Shown here: positions 1 to 10,222 of the stretch, piece by piece | How positions within the stretch are numbered: the stretch's first letter is position 1 | How the letters are laid out: every line of letters starts with the position of its first letter | Position numbers and translations under genes: made by a program | Origin: Macrostomum lignano | Lineage: Eukaryota | Length of the DNA: 64,000 bases | Direction of reading: 5' to 3' | Assembly: GCA_002269645.1 (NCBI GenBank) | Contig: NIVC01000845.1 | Location: 310,001-374,000 of the forward strand | Notes under the pieces: model-generated | Seen by the model: the letters and a program-made list of their open reading frames with translations, nothing else | The model's database searches: none | What the model was told of the DNA's origin: nothing

Positions 1-2044
1 CGGTGGCCGTGTTAAATATTTCGTCAGCAATGTACACCTTACTGCAGTTGGCTCGGGCAACGTACAGAAGAGCTGTGTAGTCCGTCAAGCAGGCTTCCTT
101 CCCTTGGAAAGTCTGAAAATGCAAATGCATGAGCAAATATATCATAATTATGTAGATAAAGAGCAGTATAGATAAGAGGCTGAGGGCTGAATGAACCTGT
201 TCAATGCACCCAGGGAGGGTGTCCGACATAAGCATTTTGTCCGCAACTTGTCGATAAACGCCGCCGGTGCTCGAAGAAAGCAGGGTGTCTAAATTTGTAC
301 CTTCGGGTACCAGCGGCTTAACAGCGGACTGAGCCACCAGATCGCTTAGCGTTTTTATGGGCAAATCCGTGAAGCTGATCGTCAGATGGGCCGTCAGGTC
401 GCCTGCAAGTGTAACGAAATCAGGATCCAACCCGTGACATTTCTGAGCTCAACTTTCAGGTTTCCAAGGCCTTTGAAGTAAAAATATTTGCACCCTCACC
501 CGTGTAAGTTCCATAAATGATGACGGTGAACATCCACCAGAAGGCCAGCACAGCTCTTGGAGACATGGCAAACGGATAAAAGTCCTGACCCTGCTGCATG
601 AAGCTGCCAACTATACTCCAAATGTACTCCTGCAGCCAGATCTCATCAGCAATGGCGAACTCCAGTCTCAGGTTGTAGGCAGAGAATGGAGAGAAATAAG
701 CCAGCACCCAGGTGACTGCGGCGCAGACAAAGATGAAAATAATGACTAGAATCCACACATCGTATTTAAAAGGAGCGTAGACATTCCACAGCTTGGATTC
801 GGGAGGTGGCCTGGGCACCAGAATTCCGTTCGCTTCTTGGAAAAGTGGCGTTGAGAAGTCGACTACGCTATCGCGGATGGCGGTCTTGGTGAAGGTGGAA
901 CCTCCGATGGAAACAATCTGAAGGTTGTCAAACATAAAGTTGTTACTAATTTGTTCGAATTATAACTTACAGCGATCAACTTCCCAGTAAAACACTCACT
1001 CCTCTTTGTACTTCTCCGACGCATCCGGAGAAGTAGCTCTTTCCAGCCTGCGGCCCGCCCCACTGGCCATCGTCAGGCACCTTCACGCTGTACCTAAGAT
1101 GACGATGAAGATTCAGCGAATCGTAAACATTGGTTGAGCACCACCTAAAATAGGCGACAGATCTAACGAAATCATTCACTCACCGAAAGTCCAAGCGCGC
1201 TGCAAGGATGTCCAAGACATCCTTTAGCATTCCACCCACAATCACCGTCTTGTTAGGAAAGGTTTGCCGGTAAATTGTGAAAGGCAAAATCTGAAATTAC
1301 GAGCACAAAAAGTTCTTTATTTGCTAGAATTTATACAAAAGATCAGAGGACAGAAAAAATAGACTAACTTCAGTGCTACAGATACGAATAGTTTCGTTCT
1401 TGAACCCCAGGAATGTGTTTGGAAACACGAGGCTCACGCCCTTTTCTCTGAACAAAACGCTTAGCGCTCCACTCTGGGTGTTGTACATTCCCGACTGAAT
1501 GAACTGAATAGGTGATGACAGTTTCTGGTTGAAGCTTCCCACCACTTCGATGCCCTGCGAGTCGAAGTGACCGGTGGTCGAGTTGAACGAGATCACTCCT
1601 CGGTTCGAGTTGTAGCCGGACATCTGTTATTACATTTCAGTGGTCAGGAGAGTAAGTCTGCATTCGATAGTAGGCGTAAAAAGCAACTCCGATTTTTAAA
1701 GCACTCAACTCACGCTTGTCAGCTTCGAATAGACGGACGGCCCCGAGCTCCACACCTGCAGAGGATTGCAGGCAGCGTTGCTGACATTGAACGTCGACTC
1801 AGTGACCGCATCGTTCAGTGCCTTCGCCAGAGCCTCGACTGCATCAACGAATCGAGTGTCCAGTGTCTGCAATTGTCAGAATTTTCAGAATTTCAGCGTT
1901 GCAGTTTTCACATCGACCATTTTCATAGCTCGCAGCTATGCTCAACCGTTTCACTGCTCACTCGGATCCAGTCTGTGTCGCAGCTGTCGAACACGTCTCG
2001 CACAGGAGCGGAACACGATCCGGGAACGTTGATTCCGGTTGTGC

Positions 2045-2050
2045 CTCCTC
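2045..2050 (+). repeat. Left 6-bp target-site duplication CTCCTC (partner at 11431-11436)
   Basis: GTGCCTCCTC|ACTACT ... AGTAGT|CTCCTCTGACG, compared with uninterrupted GTGCCTCCTCTGACG in paralog B. Confidence 0.95.
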
Positions 2051-2887
2051 ACTACTAAGGGATTCCGTATGGCGCGATTTTGGAGGTGAGGTGGGTGTCA
2101 ACCCTCCTCGCCTCTCATTGGCTGGCGCCCCGATCACTAGGTGATCGATACCCGTATCGATATCGGCGCTCGGCGCGCGCGCGCCGCAGGCCGCGTCCAG
2201 CCGCAGGCGACCGATCCCCAGCCGCAGGCACCTCCGAGCCCACCGCACCGATATGTACCCCGATATGTACATAGGCGCACCCTCCCGAGCCGTAGGCGCC
2301 CATGCCGCAGACGCCCATGCCGCAGACGCCCATGCCGCAGGCACCCCGAGTGTACACTCTACCGAGCCGCAGGCACCCCGAGTGTACACTCTACCGATAT
2401 GTACACTCTACCACTCTCCCGATATGTAGTCAACGATATTAGGCTAGTGAAAACTACTTATAGTAGGTGAAATTGAGTATATTTACATAAAAATGTAGAT
2501 AAAACATATTGGTAGGTGAATAATGACGCATATTGCATATTAAAATGTACATATTGGAGCATATGAGCAGCAAAAACACACAATGTAGGTGTATGGGCAG
2601 AAATAGACAAAGCAGGTACTGTAGGCGCTACATAGGTGGAAATACACACAGCAGGTTTACAAAGTGTACTTTCGATACATATCGGATTAATGTATAAAGC
2701 AGGTTTACAAGGCATGCATAAGGTGTAGTTGTATAATACAGGCACGCATGTATAATCAGATTATAGGCAAACGCCCAGGTGCAACAGACGCGTAAATAAT
2801 GTCGCACCGACTAAAGAGTAAATATTGTCTAACCCGCAGGTGCATAAAAATTTTAACCAAAAGCGGTTCGGGGAAATCCCAAAAGGG
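2051..2887 (+). repeat. Left terminal inverted repeat (~837 bp)
   Basis: Reverse complement of 10540-11430. Essentially identical except for a variable GC-rich segment (~2190-2290) and a few mismatches near the inner end. Confidence 0.92.
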
Positions 2888-2896
2888 TGGTTCACG

Positions 2897-2928
2897 ACCT
2901 AATGACCCGATATACTTTCAACACAATT
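2897..2928 (+). repeat. 32-bp direct repeat just inside the left TIR (partner at 10450-10481)
   Basis: ACCTAATGACCCGATATACTTTCAACACAATT vs ACCTAATGACTCGAAATACTTTCAACGCAATT; 29/32 identical, same orientation. Confidence 0.8.
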
Positions 2929-3482
2929 AAACCCAATAGTGACGCAGGGGCCGGAAAAGTCTACAGCCCCCAGCCAGGAATCGAGCCTGGGTCACCCTGT
3001 TTTATACCGCCAGGGTTACCCGCTCGGCCATTAACCTCCCGGGGTCAGAGTCTCATTATTGTCTAAAATAGATGAGCAAAAGGGAGGTTTCGCCGCCCTA
3101 TGATGTGGAGACTTATTATTATTACAACGTTATTGAACGCATCAACATCTTTTAACGTAAATGTACCCACAAGTGGGCTAGAAAAATGGACGTATTTCGA
3201 TTGCGCTATCAGTACGCTAATCAGCGCAGCAAGTTTATGTCAGGAGTTCTACTCCAAGAGGCGGACCGCTGGGCCACAAACCGCCCCGAGGGAATAGGTG
3301 TCAAATGGGAGTTTTAACACTTGAGGGGATCCCGCTCAATGTACAGTGGAGGTGCCAAATGAGTAAGGACCCCTAAGTACAGTGCGGGCGTAAAACCATT
3401 TTTCAACCCCAAGAGTCAAGGGATCCCAAGTGGGCACATAGGGGAATCCCAGGCGTAAAAAAGATAGATCCTTATCTTTCAC

Positions 3483-6400
3483 TCACTCACGAAAGCCATA
3501 CGGACGGCTGGCGGCCCCATACACCCTCTTAGTCATTACGCGCTGGAAAGTCTTGTCCATCTCGAGGGTCCGGATTGTACAGCTAGCCTTATCGCGCCTG
3601 AACTGGGCCTGGGGCAGGCGTACAGTCCCGCCGTGACGCAGAATTTCCTGCAGCTCGTCCTCGCGCTCGGAAATCTCGGGTGTGACTCTGATGCCCTTGC
3701 ACTTGAGCACCGAGTACAGCGACCCGTCAGGCTTCTCCACCACGTACCGGTAGAGCTTGGGGCCTCCCGTGGTGAACTGTACCATGCGGCAGCCAGCAGG
3801 TACCTCGTCAGTCCACTGCCCCAAACTCGAACCGCCCGGAGGCTCGTACTCGCCCGGAGAGCAGCGGTATACGACCCTGGGAGGAGGAGAAGGATAAAGT
3901 GTTAAGGGGAGAAAGAGAGACAGAGACAGTTGAAAAAATTACTCACGAATCAGTATCGGCGTAAATGACGCGGGTTCCTAGACCCTCCAGAGCCTCGTAG
4001 AGTCGCAGCCGGGCGTGGGAGGTGGTGAAAACGCCAATAGGTACATTAGCGTACTTGAACGCCCGCTCGCCAGCACCGCCAAATCGGGGCTTGTACTCGA
4101 GCATCATGAAGCTCTCCCCAATTGGCTCGCACGACTTGACCTTGATCGAGGGGTCGGTCAGGCGCTGCAGCCACGCCTCGTAGCTGTCCACAATCTCTGT
4201 GGAGGTCAGGTCGTCGCGCTGGCAGAATTTGCCCCAGAGCCTGCAGGGAAAAATAAATTTTTTTTGTAAGTAGAAAAACACGGCCCCCACTGCAAGTAGA
4301 AAAAACTTACGAGTTTAGAAAAATCTTGGCCACAAAGCGCAAGCCAGGATTCTCCTCCACCTTTTCCAGCCGGACGCCTTCGCGCTCGAAAAAGCTGGCC
4401 ATGTAGGCAGCCTTGGCGTCCTCAGCCATCCCCGGCGAACCGCTAGACTCGGCTTTGAGCTTCAAAAAAGTGTTTACATAATCTGCAAACAGGCCCGTGC
4501 GAGTCTCGGTCCAATAGGCCAGGGCATGAACTGACTGCAGCTTGTAACCCAACTGCAGGGCTTTGTGGAGCTCTGGGGTCGACCACGTGCCGCGGAGCAT
4601 TCTCTCAGCGTCAGTGTGTGTACACTCGCTGCTGCACTGGTCTCCATGCAGACGCGGCAGAGGCCGAAAACCAGCTTCTTGTTAATCTTGGCGGGCAGTA
4701 GCGGGATGTGGAGATTGGTTGGCGGCAGAATCGACACCTCGGCGATGCCAAAATACCGGGCCAGCTGCAGCTCATCCAGTAGATGAGGCTCGGGGTGGTG
4801 TACCGGGTGCCCGACCGGGTACTTGTCAAACTTGTTGACAGTCGGGTAGAGCGACACCTAGGGGATAAGGATAATAGAGAATTAGAGGATAAGATAAACT
4901 CAAACGCATGTCAACTGTGTGTGTACAAGTGTACAAACTTACCACATCCCGATAGCGCAGCTCTACAGTCTCGGTGGCCTCGGCGTGCGGGACAAAAGCC
5001 TCGGTACGGCCGCCAAACAGGGCATCCTCCAGGTGAATAGGCTGCTGGACTGGCGCTCCCTCGTCCTGATAGTCGTGCTCCCACAGAACACGCACATTGT
5101 ATGCAGTGGAGAGCAACCGGGTGAAGCGCTCAGTCTCCTCATAAATCGCCCGCATTGGCTGGTTCTTGAGCGGGTGCAGCACGTCGCCGTTGGGGAAGCA
5201 CTTGGGACAGCCATGGAAGAAACAGCCATGAAACTGCAGCACTGTCCTGGTCTCTGGGTCGAAGCCGTCGACCTTACGGCCCATGGCGAAAGCCTCGCCG
5301 CCAGAATCGGCTGTCCGCAACCGGCCGCCAAACTCGGTTGCATTTAAATGTGCCAGCCAGCACCGCGCCTTGTGCGACTGTACATCGGACCGGCGGGAAA
5401 TCACCCCAAGAGTGTTGGGCTCCATAAACTTGGTGGTGAATACCGACATGGCCAAGCCCGCAATGGTGTTGGATTGAACAAATGCGTCCAGTCCGCAAAT
5501 GTCCTTAATCAGGCGGGTGTACTTTAGACAGCCTTCCCGCAAAATTAACGTGTCCTGCAGGCAGTAGTCCAGGTACTCCTTATTGAAATTAAACACCTGT
5601 CCCTCCTGCTTGGCCAGCCAGTCTGCGATGGAGTCATGCTGCTTGTTTTTCTTTCCTCCATACATATCAATTGAGCAGTAGGGTCCCACGTACCCCCAAT
5701 TTTCCGGCTGGTTAAACACGTGCGGGAAATCTCCTTTGGTCAGTTGGGTGCCCAAACCAAGCGCCTTTGGGAATTGCGCCAGACCAATAGGGATGAAATT
5801 GAGGCTGTCCTTGAAGGTGATCTTGTCGCACTTCATATACATTAGGCGGCTGTTCTGGAAGATCACTTGCGGCTTCTTCTTGGCCAGTCCGTTGAGTAGG
5901 GCGCCGAGCAGGAGGAATGCGTCATACGCAGAGCCATTGTGCGCAATAGCAATTGCCCCCTGCTTGAACACACTAGTCAGCCAGCAGTAAAAGGCATCGA
6001 TAGAGTGCGGCCCGACAGATACAAACTCTCGCATCCCACAGGCACAGTCATTGTGCGAGACACAGCTCGTGAAATCGAGCGCCAAATCGCGTCCCGCAAT
6101 GCAATTGGCTGAGCTGTGTAGTCCCCGCACACGCTGCAGCGGGCCTGGGGAAGAGTTTGGGACACGCCTCGCAGGAGGTGGCAGCCGTAACCAAGTGTAC
6201 CCGGTGCTGCTTGCCAGAGTCCACGTACGTCTCGAAATCATAGTAAACATACGGGGCGCTAGACTCTTTGGCTTTGGGCGGGGTGACAAAGCACTCGTGG
6301 GTGGCAGTTTCGTCGTACTGCTTGCAGACTGGACACTTGGCGTAACCACACTGATGCTCAGGGGGCTGGCCTACTTTTAGTTCTTCTAGATAGCCACACG

Positions 6401-8319
6401 TGCCGCAAACGTGGACCGAATCACAGCGCGATCTGCCGGCCTTATTCTTGCGCTTGTGATTTTCTAGGCACTGAGCATTATAGCAATTTAGCCCGCAATC
6501 ATGGCATCTTACATATGCGCGGTTTGCCTTACAGTTGGAGCCCGGAGTCTTGCATGTGCTGCAGGCATCAGCGCACTTGTGCTTCTCATTATTGCAGTCG
6601 TGGCCATCTCGCACTTGTCGCAGTAGTGGTGGCTGCCGAAAAACGCAGGCAGCTTGGTGACCACATTAAAGTGCTGCTCGACCAGGTGTAGGTGCAGAAT
6701 CTCGGTGCCCGGCAGGTTGAAGATGCACCTGTTGGCCTCCTCTGCGCGGTACACGCGTACACCAAAATCGTGCCCTGGATGCAGCCGGTTCAGGGCACGG
6801 ATCGCTTCGGGCAGTGCATCCACCCCGAAAGGACCAGCCTGCGAGACGGTTTGAAGAGTCTGTGTGGAGGGTAAAATATTTCTTTTAGTATTCCCTGATA
6901 CTGTGTAAAAAATCTTATCAGAAAATATATCTTTTAGTATTCCACGATACTGTGTAAAAATTCTTATCAGAAAATATATCTTTTAGTATTCCATGATACT
7001 GTGTAAAAATTCTTATCAGAAAATATATCTTTTAGTATTCCACGATACTGTGTAAAAATTCTTATCAGAAAAATACTAGAAACTTACCGTGTAGAGGCCA
7101 GCTTCGATTTGTAGCTCAGCCACCAGCTTAGTCTGCGTGGGCGAATTGGCCTTGATTGTGTGCCACACCCGCTTGGTGATGGACTTGGCCACGAATTGCA
7201 GGTAGGCGCAGGCCACGACCAGAGCGCGCAGCAGGCATCTCTTGTCCGAGTTGGTGATGCGGACATAGTGCTTGGAGAAGGCGTGCCGCTCTTCTAGATG
7301 CTTGTTCTCGAGAGCACATCCACCTCGAGGCACCCAGGCCTTTAGCAACCGGATAGAAAAGTTGCCCGTCAGGACAGTGGCATCCGACTGCACAATCTTG
7401 TTGATGTGCTTAAACAACAATTCAGCCGTCATGCGGGATGCACGCACCGGGGGAGTGTGGGCCGCTTTGAGCATATTGTCGCTCTCGAATTTCGCGGCCA
7501 TAAAGTCATCACCAGCCAAATCTTGCTTGAAAACTTCGAGCATGTCAGCAAACACCTCCCGCAAATCTTCGGTGTTGGTAATATGCACCACATACTCGAC
7601 ACCCTTTGCCCTAAACTTGGGCAGGTCACGCTGATTATCCAGCCGGGCCGTAAAACCTGCATGGGGGAATGGGGGAGTGTGAGTCAGCCAGGGTCTGTGT
7701 GGGAAATGGGGGGCTGGATAACTCACCCGGTCCGGTAACAGATTCCGGCTGTGTTGGCGGGACAAACGCGTCTGAAAAAACACAAGGAGATAAAAAACCA
7801 GAAGAATCTGTCATTTTCCTGGCCCCAGCGTGTTTCCCCGCCCTAGCCCCAGCAATTTCTTAACAGAGTTTACTCTGCTGTCCCCGCAGCAACTCTCTGC
7901 AATTTCTTATCTGCACCCCCGCTGCAGCCTGTCGCAGCAGTCTTTGTTTACTCACCCCTGCAACTCTCTGTCGCAGCAATTTGCACCCCAGCTGCAGCCT
8001 GTCTGGACAACACCCCCCTAGCAGCAATTTCTTATCAGCACACACCCGGCTGAAACTTGTCTAGCCCTCCCCTGCAACTCTCTGTTACAGACCCTGCCGC
8101 AGCACCCCACCCTAGCAACTCCAGTCTAGACCCCTGCAGCTGTCGCAGCAGTCTTTGTTGTTTACTCTGCGTCCCACAGACCCTGCAGCTGCTGCTGCTG
8201 CTCAGCCCCTACCCCACCCTAGCAACTACAGTCTAGACAGAAATTAATTAAAACTTACCATAAAGACGTTGCCTCTTGTCAGCCAGGAAAGCAGTTGCTG
8301 CGGCGCTGCGTTTAGCCAT
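3483..8319 (-). CDS. polB: Protein-primed family-B DNA polymerase (pPolB), 7 exons: 8319-8259, 7771-7727, 7656-7088, 6859-4943, 4857-4311, 4240-3947, 3876-3483; about 1,276 aa after correcting apparent single-base frameshifts
   Basis: Motifs: ExoI YDFET, ExoII AHNGSAYD, ExoIII YCLQD, FGGRTEAF, motif A YRDV^VSLYP, CTH-ER-LRGTW, motif B KIFLNS^LWGKF, motif C YADTDS^VVY, C-terminal RPYGF. All six introns have GT(A/G)AGT donors and pyrimidine-rich YAG acceptors, and their phases restore the frame. Frameshifts at ~6605, ~6080-6160 and ~4645. Confidence 0.93.
3877..3946 (-). other. pPolB intron 6 (70 bp, phase 2) in the Ser codon of catalytic motif C (DTDS)
   Basis: GAT ACT GAT TC|GTGAGT...CTCCTCCCAG|G GTC GTA TAC gives DTDSVVY. 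Confidence 0.92.
4241..4310 (-). other. pPolB intron 5 (70 bp, phase 2) in the Ser codon of motif B (KxxxNSxWGK)
   Basis: CTA AAC TC|GTAAGT...TTTCCCTGCAG|G CTC TGG GGC AAA gives LNSLWGK. Confidence 0.92.
4858..4942 (-). other. pPolB intron 4 (85 bp, phase 0) in motif A (DVVSLYP)
   Basis: CGG GAT GTG|GTAAGT...ATCCCCTAG|GTG TCG CTC TAC CCG gives RDVVSLYP. Confidence 0.92.
6860..7087 (-). other. pPolB intron 3 (228 bp, phase 0), containing a 49-bp tandem repeat
   Basis: TAC ACG|GTAAGT...CCACACAG|ACT CTT CAA joins AGLYT to TLQTVSQAGPFGVDALPE in frame. Confidence 0.85.
6874..7075. repeat. 49-bp tandem repeat, ~4 copies (CTTTTAGTATTCCACGATACTGTGTAAAAAT/ATCTTATCAGAAAATATAT)
   Basis: Unit starts at 6882, 6931, 6980 and 7029. 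Confidence 0.9.
7657..7726 (-). other. pPolB intron 2 (70 bp, phase 1)
   Basis: GGA CCG G|GTGAGT...CCCATGCAG|GT TTT ACG gives GPGFT. Confidence 0.78.
7772..8258 (-). other. pPolB intron 1 (487 bp, phase 1) with degenerate GCAGC/CAACTCTCTG repeats
   Basis: CTT TAT G|GTAAGT...TTTTTTCAG|AC GCG TTT joins MAKRSAAATAFLADKRQRLY-D to AFVPPTQ; phase is compatible with the 45-bp exon 2. Confidence 0.72.
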
Positions 8320-8557
8320 TTTGCAAACAGAGAGCGTGAGAGAGCGGAGAGAGAAGGATTTATCTCTCTACCCTGGCTCTGGGGGTCTGTATATATACTA
8401 AAAAATCTGCTCAGCTCGCCTGTTATTGGATAAATCGCCAAAAACCAACCAAAATCATCAAAAATCACCCCAAAATCATCACCCACCCCACCCTCCACCG
8501 GGGGTATATAAGGCGCTGCACGGCTGTCAGAGAGCTCTCTGCTGCTGCTGCTAAATC
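8320..8557. promoter_or_regulatory. Putative bidirectional promoter between pPolB and the PC4-like gene, with two TATA-like boxes
   Basis: TATATATA at 8390-8397 (~70 bp upstream of the pPolB ATG, context CAAAATG) and TATATAAG at 8505-8512 (~50 bp upstream of the ORF 8558 ATG). Confidence 0.55.
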
Positions 8558-9091
8558 ATGTCTTCTATCTCTCTATACGAAAACTTTGTGGCGCGGAAGC
8601 CCACATTTGAAACTGAACACAACTTGATTGAAATTCGGCGTCTCTACACCAACGAGGCCGGAGTGTGGAAGGACGGCTTCCCTGCAATCTACTTGGCCGA
8701 GCCAGAGTGGAAGAAGCTCGAAGCTGCGCGCCCTGACCTGGAGGCTGCTGCCCGCCTTCACGTGAACAAGCGGGTCCTGTTGGGCAATTTCAAGGCAGTT
8801 GAAGCTTCGCGAGGGAGGATCCGTTTGCTGCGCAATTGGCTCAATCAGGACCCAAAGTTTAATTGGCGCTACACGATCGAATTCACGCCTGAACTGTGGC
8901 GCCGGATGTTTGCCGCCCGTTTGGACAAGCTCTTCAAGCCGGCACCTGAGGCACCCCCTCCAGCCAAGCGAGTCAAGACAGACACGCCTCCGGTAGCCGG
9001 GACTGAGGTGGATGTTCTTCAGCTCATGGGTCTCAAACCCTACCAATCTCCACCCTGGGAAAATCTGTTTAACGAGGGTTGGGACTGCTAG
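8558..9091 (+). CDS. PC4-like ssDNA-binding protein (possibly two tandem PC4-type repeats), 177 aa, basic NLS-like PAKRVK
   Basis: LIEIRRLYTNEAGVWKDGFPAIYLAEPEWKKL fits the PC4 pattern (IDIRxxY...GxxKPxxxGIxLxxxxWxxL). A second weaker repeat is RIRLLRNW...TIEFTPELWRRM. Recognised by eye, no HMM run. Confidence 0.62.
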   Translation: MSSISLYENFVARKPTFETEHNLIEIRRLYTNEAGVWKDGFPAIYLAEPEWKKLEAARPDLEAAARLHVNKRVLLGNFKAVEASRGRIRLLRNWLNQDPKFNWRYTIEFTPELWRRMFAARLDKLFKPAPEAPPPAKRVKTDTPPVAGTEVDVLQLMGLKPYQSPPWENLFNEGWDC

Positions 9092-9207
9092 TTTCCTATT
9101 GGTTCGCACCGCCTCACTCGATCCGTCTATATAATTAGTGTTTCCCCCTCTCTCAGAGAGTCAAACCCTATCTCAGCTCTAATACTTTACTCTCTGTTGA
9201 TTCTAGC

Positions 9208-10222
9208 ATGTCCCGCCGAGCTCTATCCAACCTCTGGGATAATAATCGCCCGACTGAAGAGTTAACCAGCCTCGACGGGGATATCCCTGAACACATAGTT
9301 CCCCTAGGCACTGAAAACAACGGAAGTGATAATTGGGAGGCTGATCAATATCTAGCTTGGGCTATGTCCTATGATAGCGACACCGAGTCTGAAGTTTTTG
9401 ACCTCCCGCTGCTGGCTATCGGCGGGGTTGTGAACGGTGCCCCTGCTGCTACTGCCTCCGATTTGACTACCGCCTCAGCCGCCCTCTTTGACGTCTCTGT
9501 TGAGGAGCTGACCACAACCGGCCCTGCCTCTGCTGCGCCCGTCTCTGCTGCTGCCGCCTCTACTACGCCCGTCTCTGCTGCTGCTTCAACTACCTCCCAC
9601 CGGGCCTCAATATCATCAGCCGCTACGCTCCTTCTCTTCGACGACGAGGACGAGGATATGTCTGAGGAGATCGCCGTGGTTCGTGAGCGCTTTCCTCGCA
9701 TTGTGGCCTCATTTTTCCGCGGGGACATTGACTGGCTGAGGTCTCGGCATCCTGGCGGGCTGCCCTCCCAAGCTACCTTTGTCAGAGCCTTTAATCGGGT
9801 TCTTGATACTTTGGTTGCGAGGGGTGCCGGCCTACGGGAGGTGTTGGAGGCTGAGACTCTGCACCAGGACTGGTTGATGGGGCGCAATTCGTATGCCCCC
9901 GACTCTGAGGCGTACCTGGCCGGTCCGGGAGCGCGGCCAACTGCGTGGGATGAGCCCGTCGCATGGCCCTCCAACTGGGAGGAGCACCTTTCGTTGGTGC
10001 GCTATACAGCGTCTCTACGTCTGTGGCGGCTGGAGGACGATTTAGATTTGGTAAGATATTACATTATATACACAACTCATCTAATCATATACCTTGCATA
10101 TATTCTATCTACATTGACTGTTATAATTTCCACATTGCCAGTCATCCGACTACTGCTTCGAGAGCGTGGAGGAAGAGGCCGCGTACGAGACAGCCCTGAG
10201 GGAGCGTATGGAGATTGACTGA
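9208..10222 (+). CDS. Orphan acidic/Ala-rich protein of the element, 2 exons (9208-10050, 10142-10222), ~307 aa
   Basis: Long GC-rich ORF. AT-rich GTAAGA...TTGCCAG intron (10051-10141); splicing gives DDLDL|SSDYCFESVEEEAAYETALRERMEID*. No family recognised. Confidence 0.6.

Noticed and set aside
2458-2745. 95-aa ORF duplicated at 10680-10967, and other ORFs in the TIRs
   Set aside because: They are identical only because they lie in the inverted repeats; GTG/alternative starts, low complexity and no motifs.
2888-3482. Possible hidden integrase or small gene (ORF 3100-3297) in the element
   Set aside because: Too short, no DDE, HHCC or tyrosine-recombinase motif, and no convincing splice pattern.
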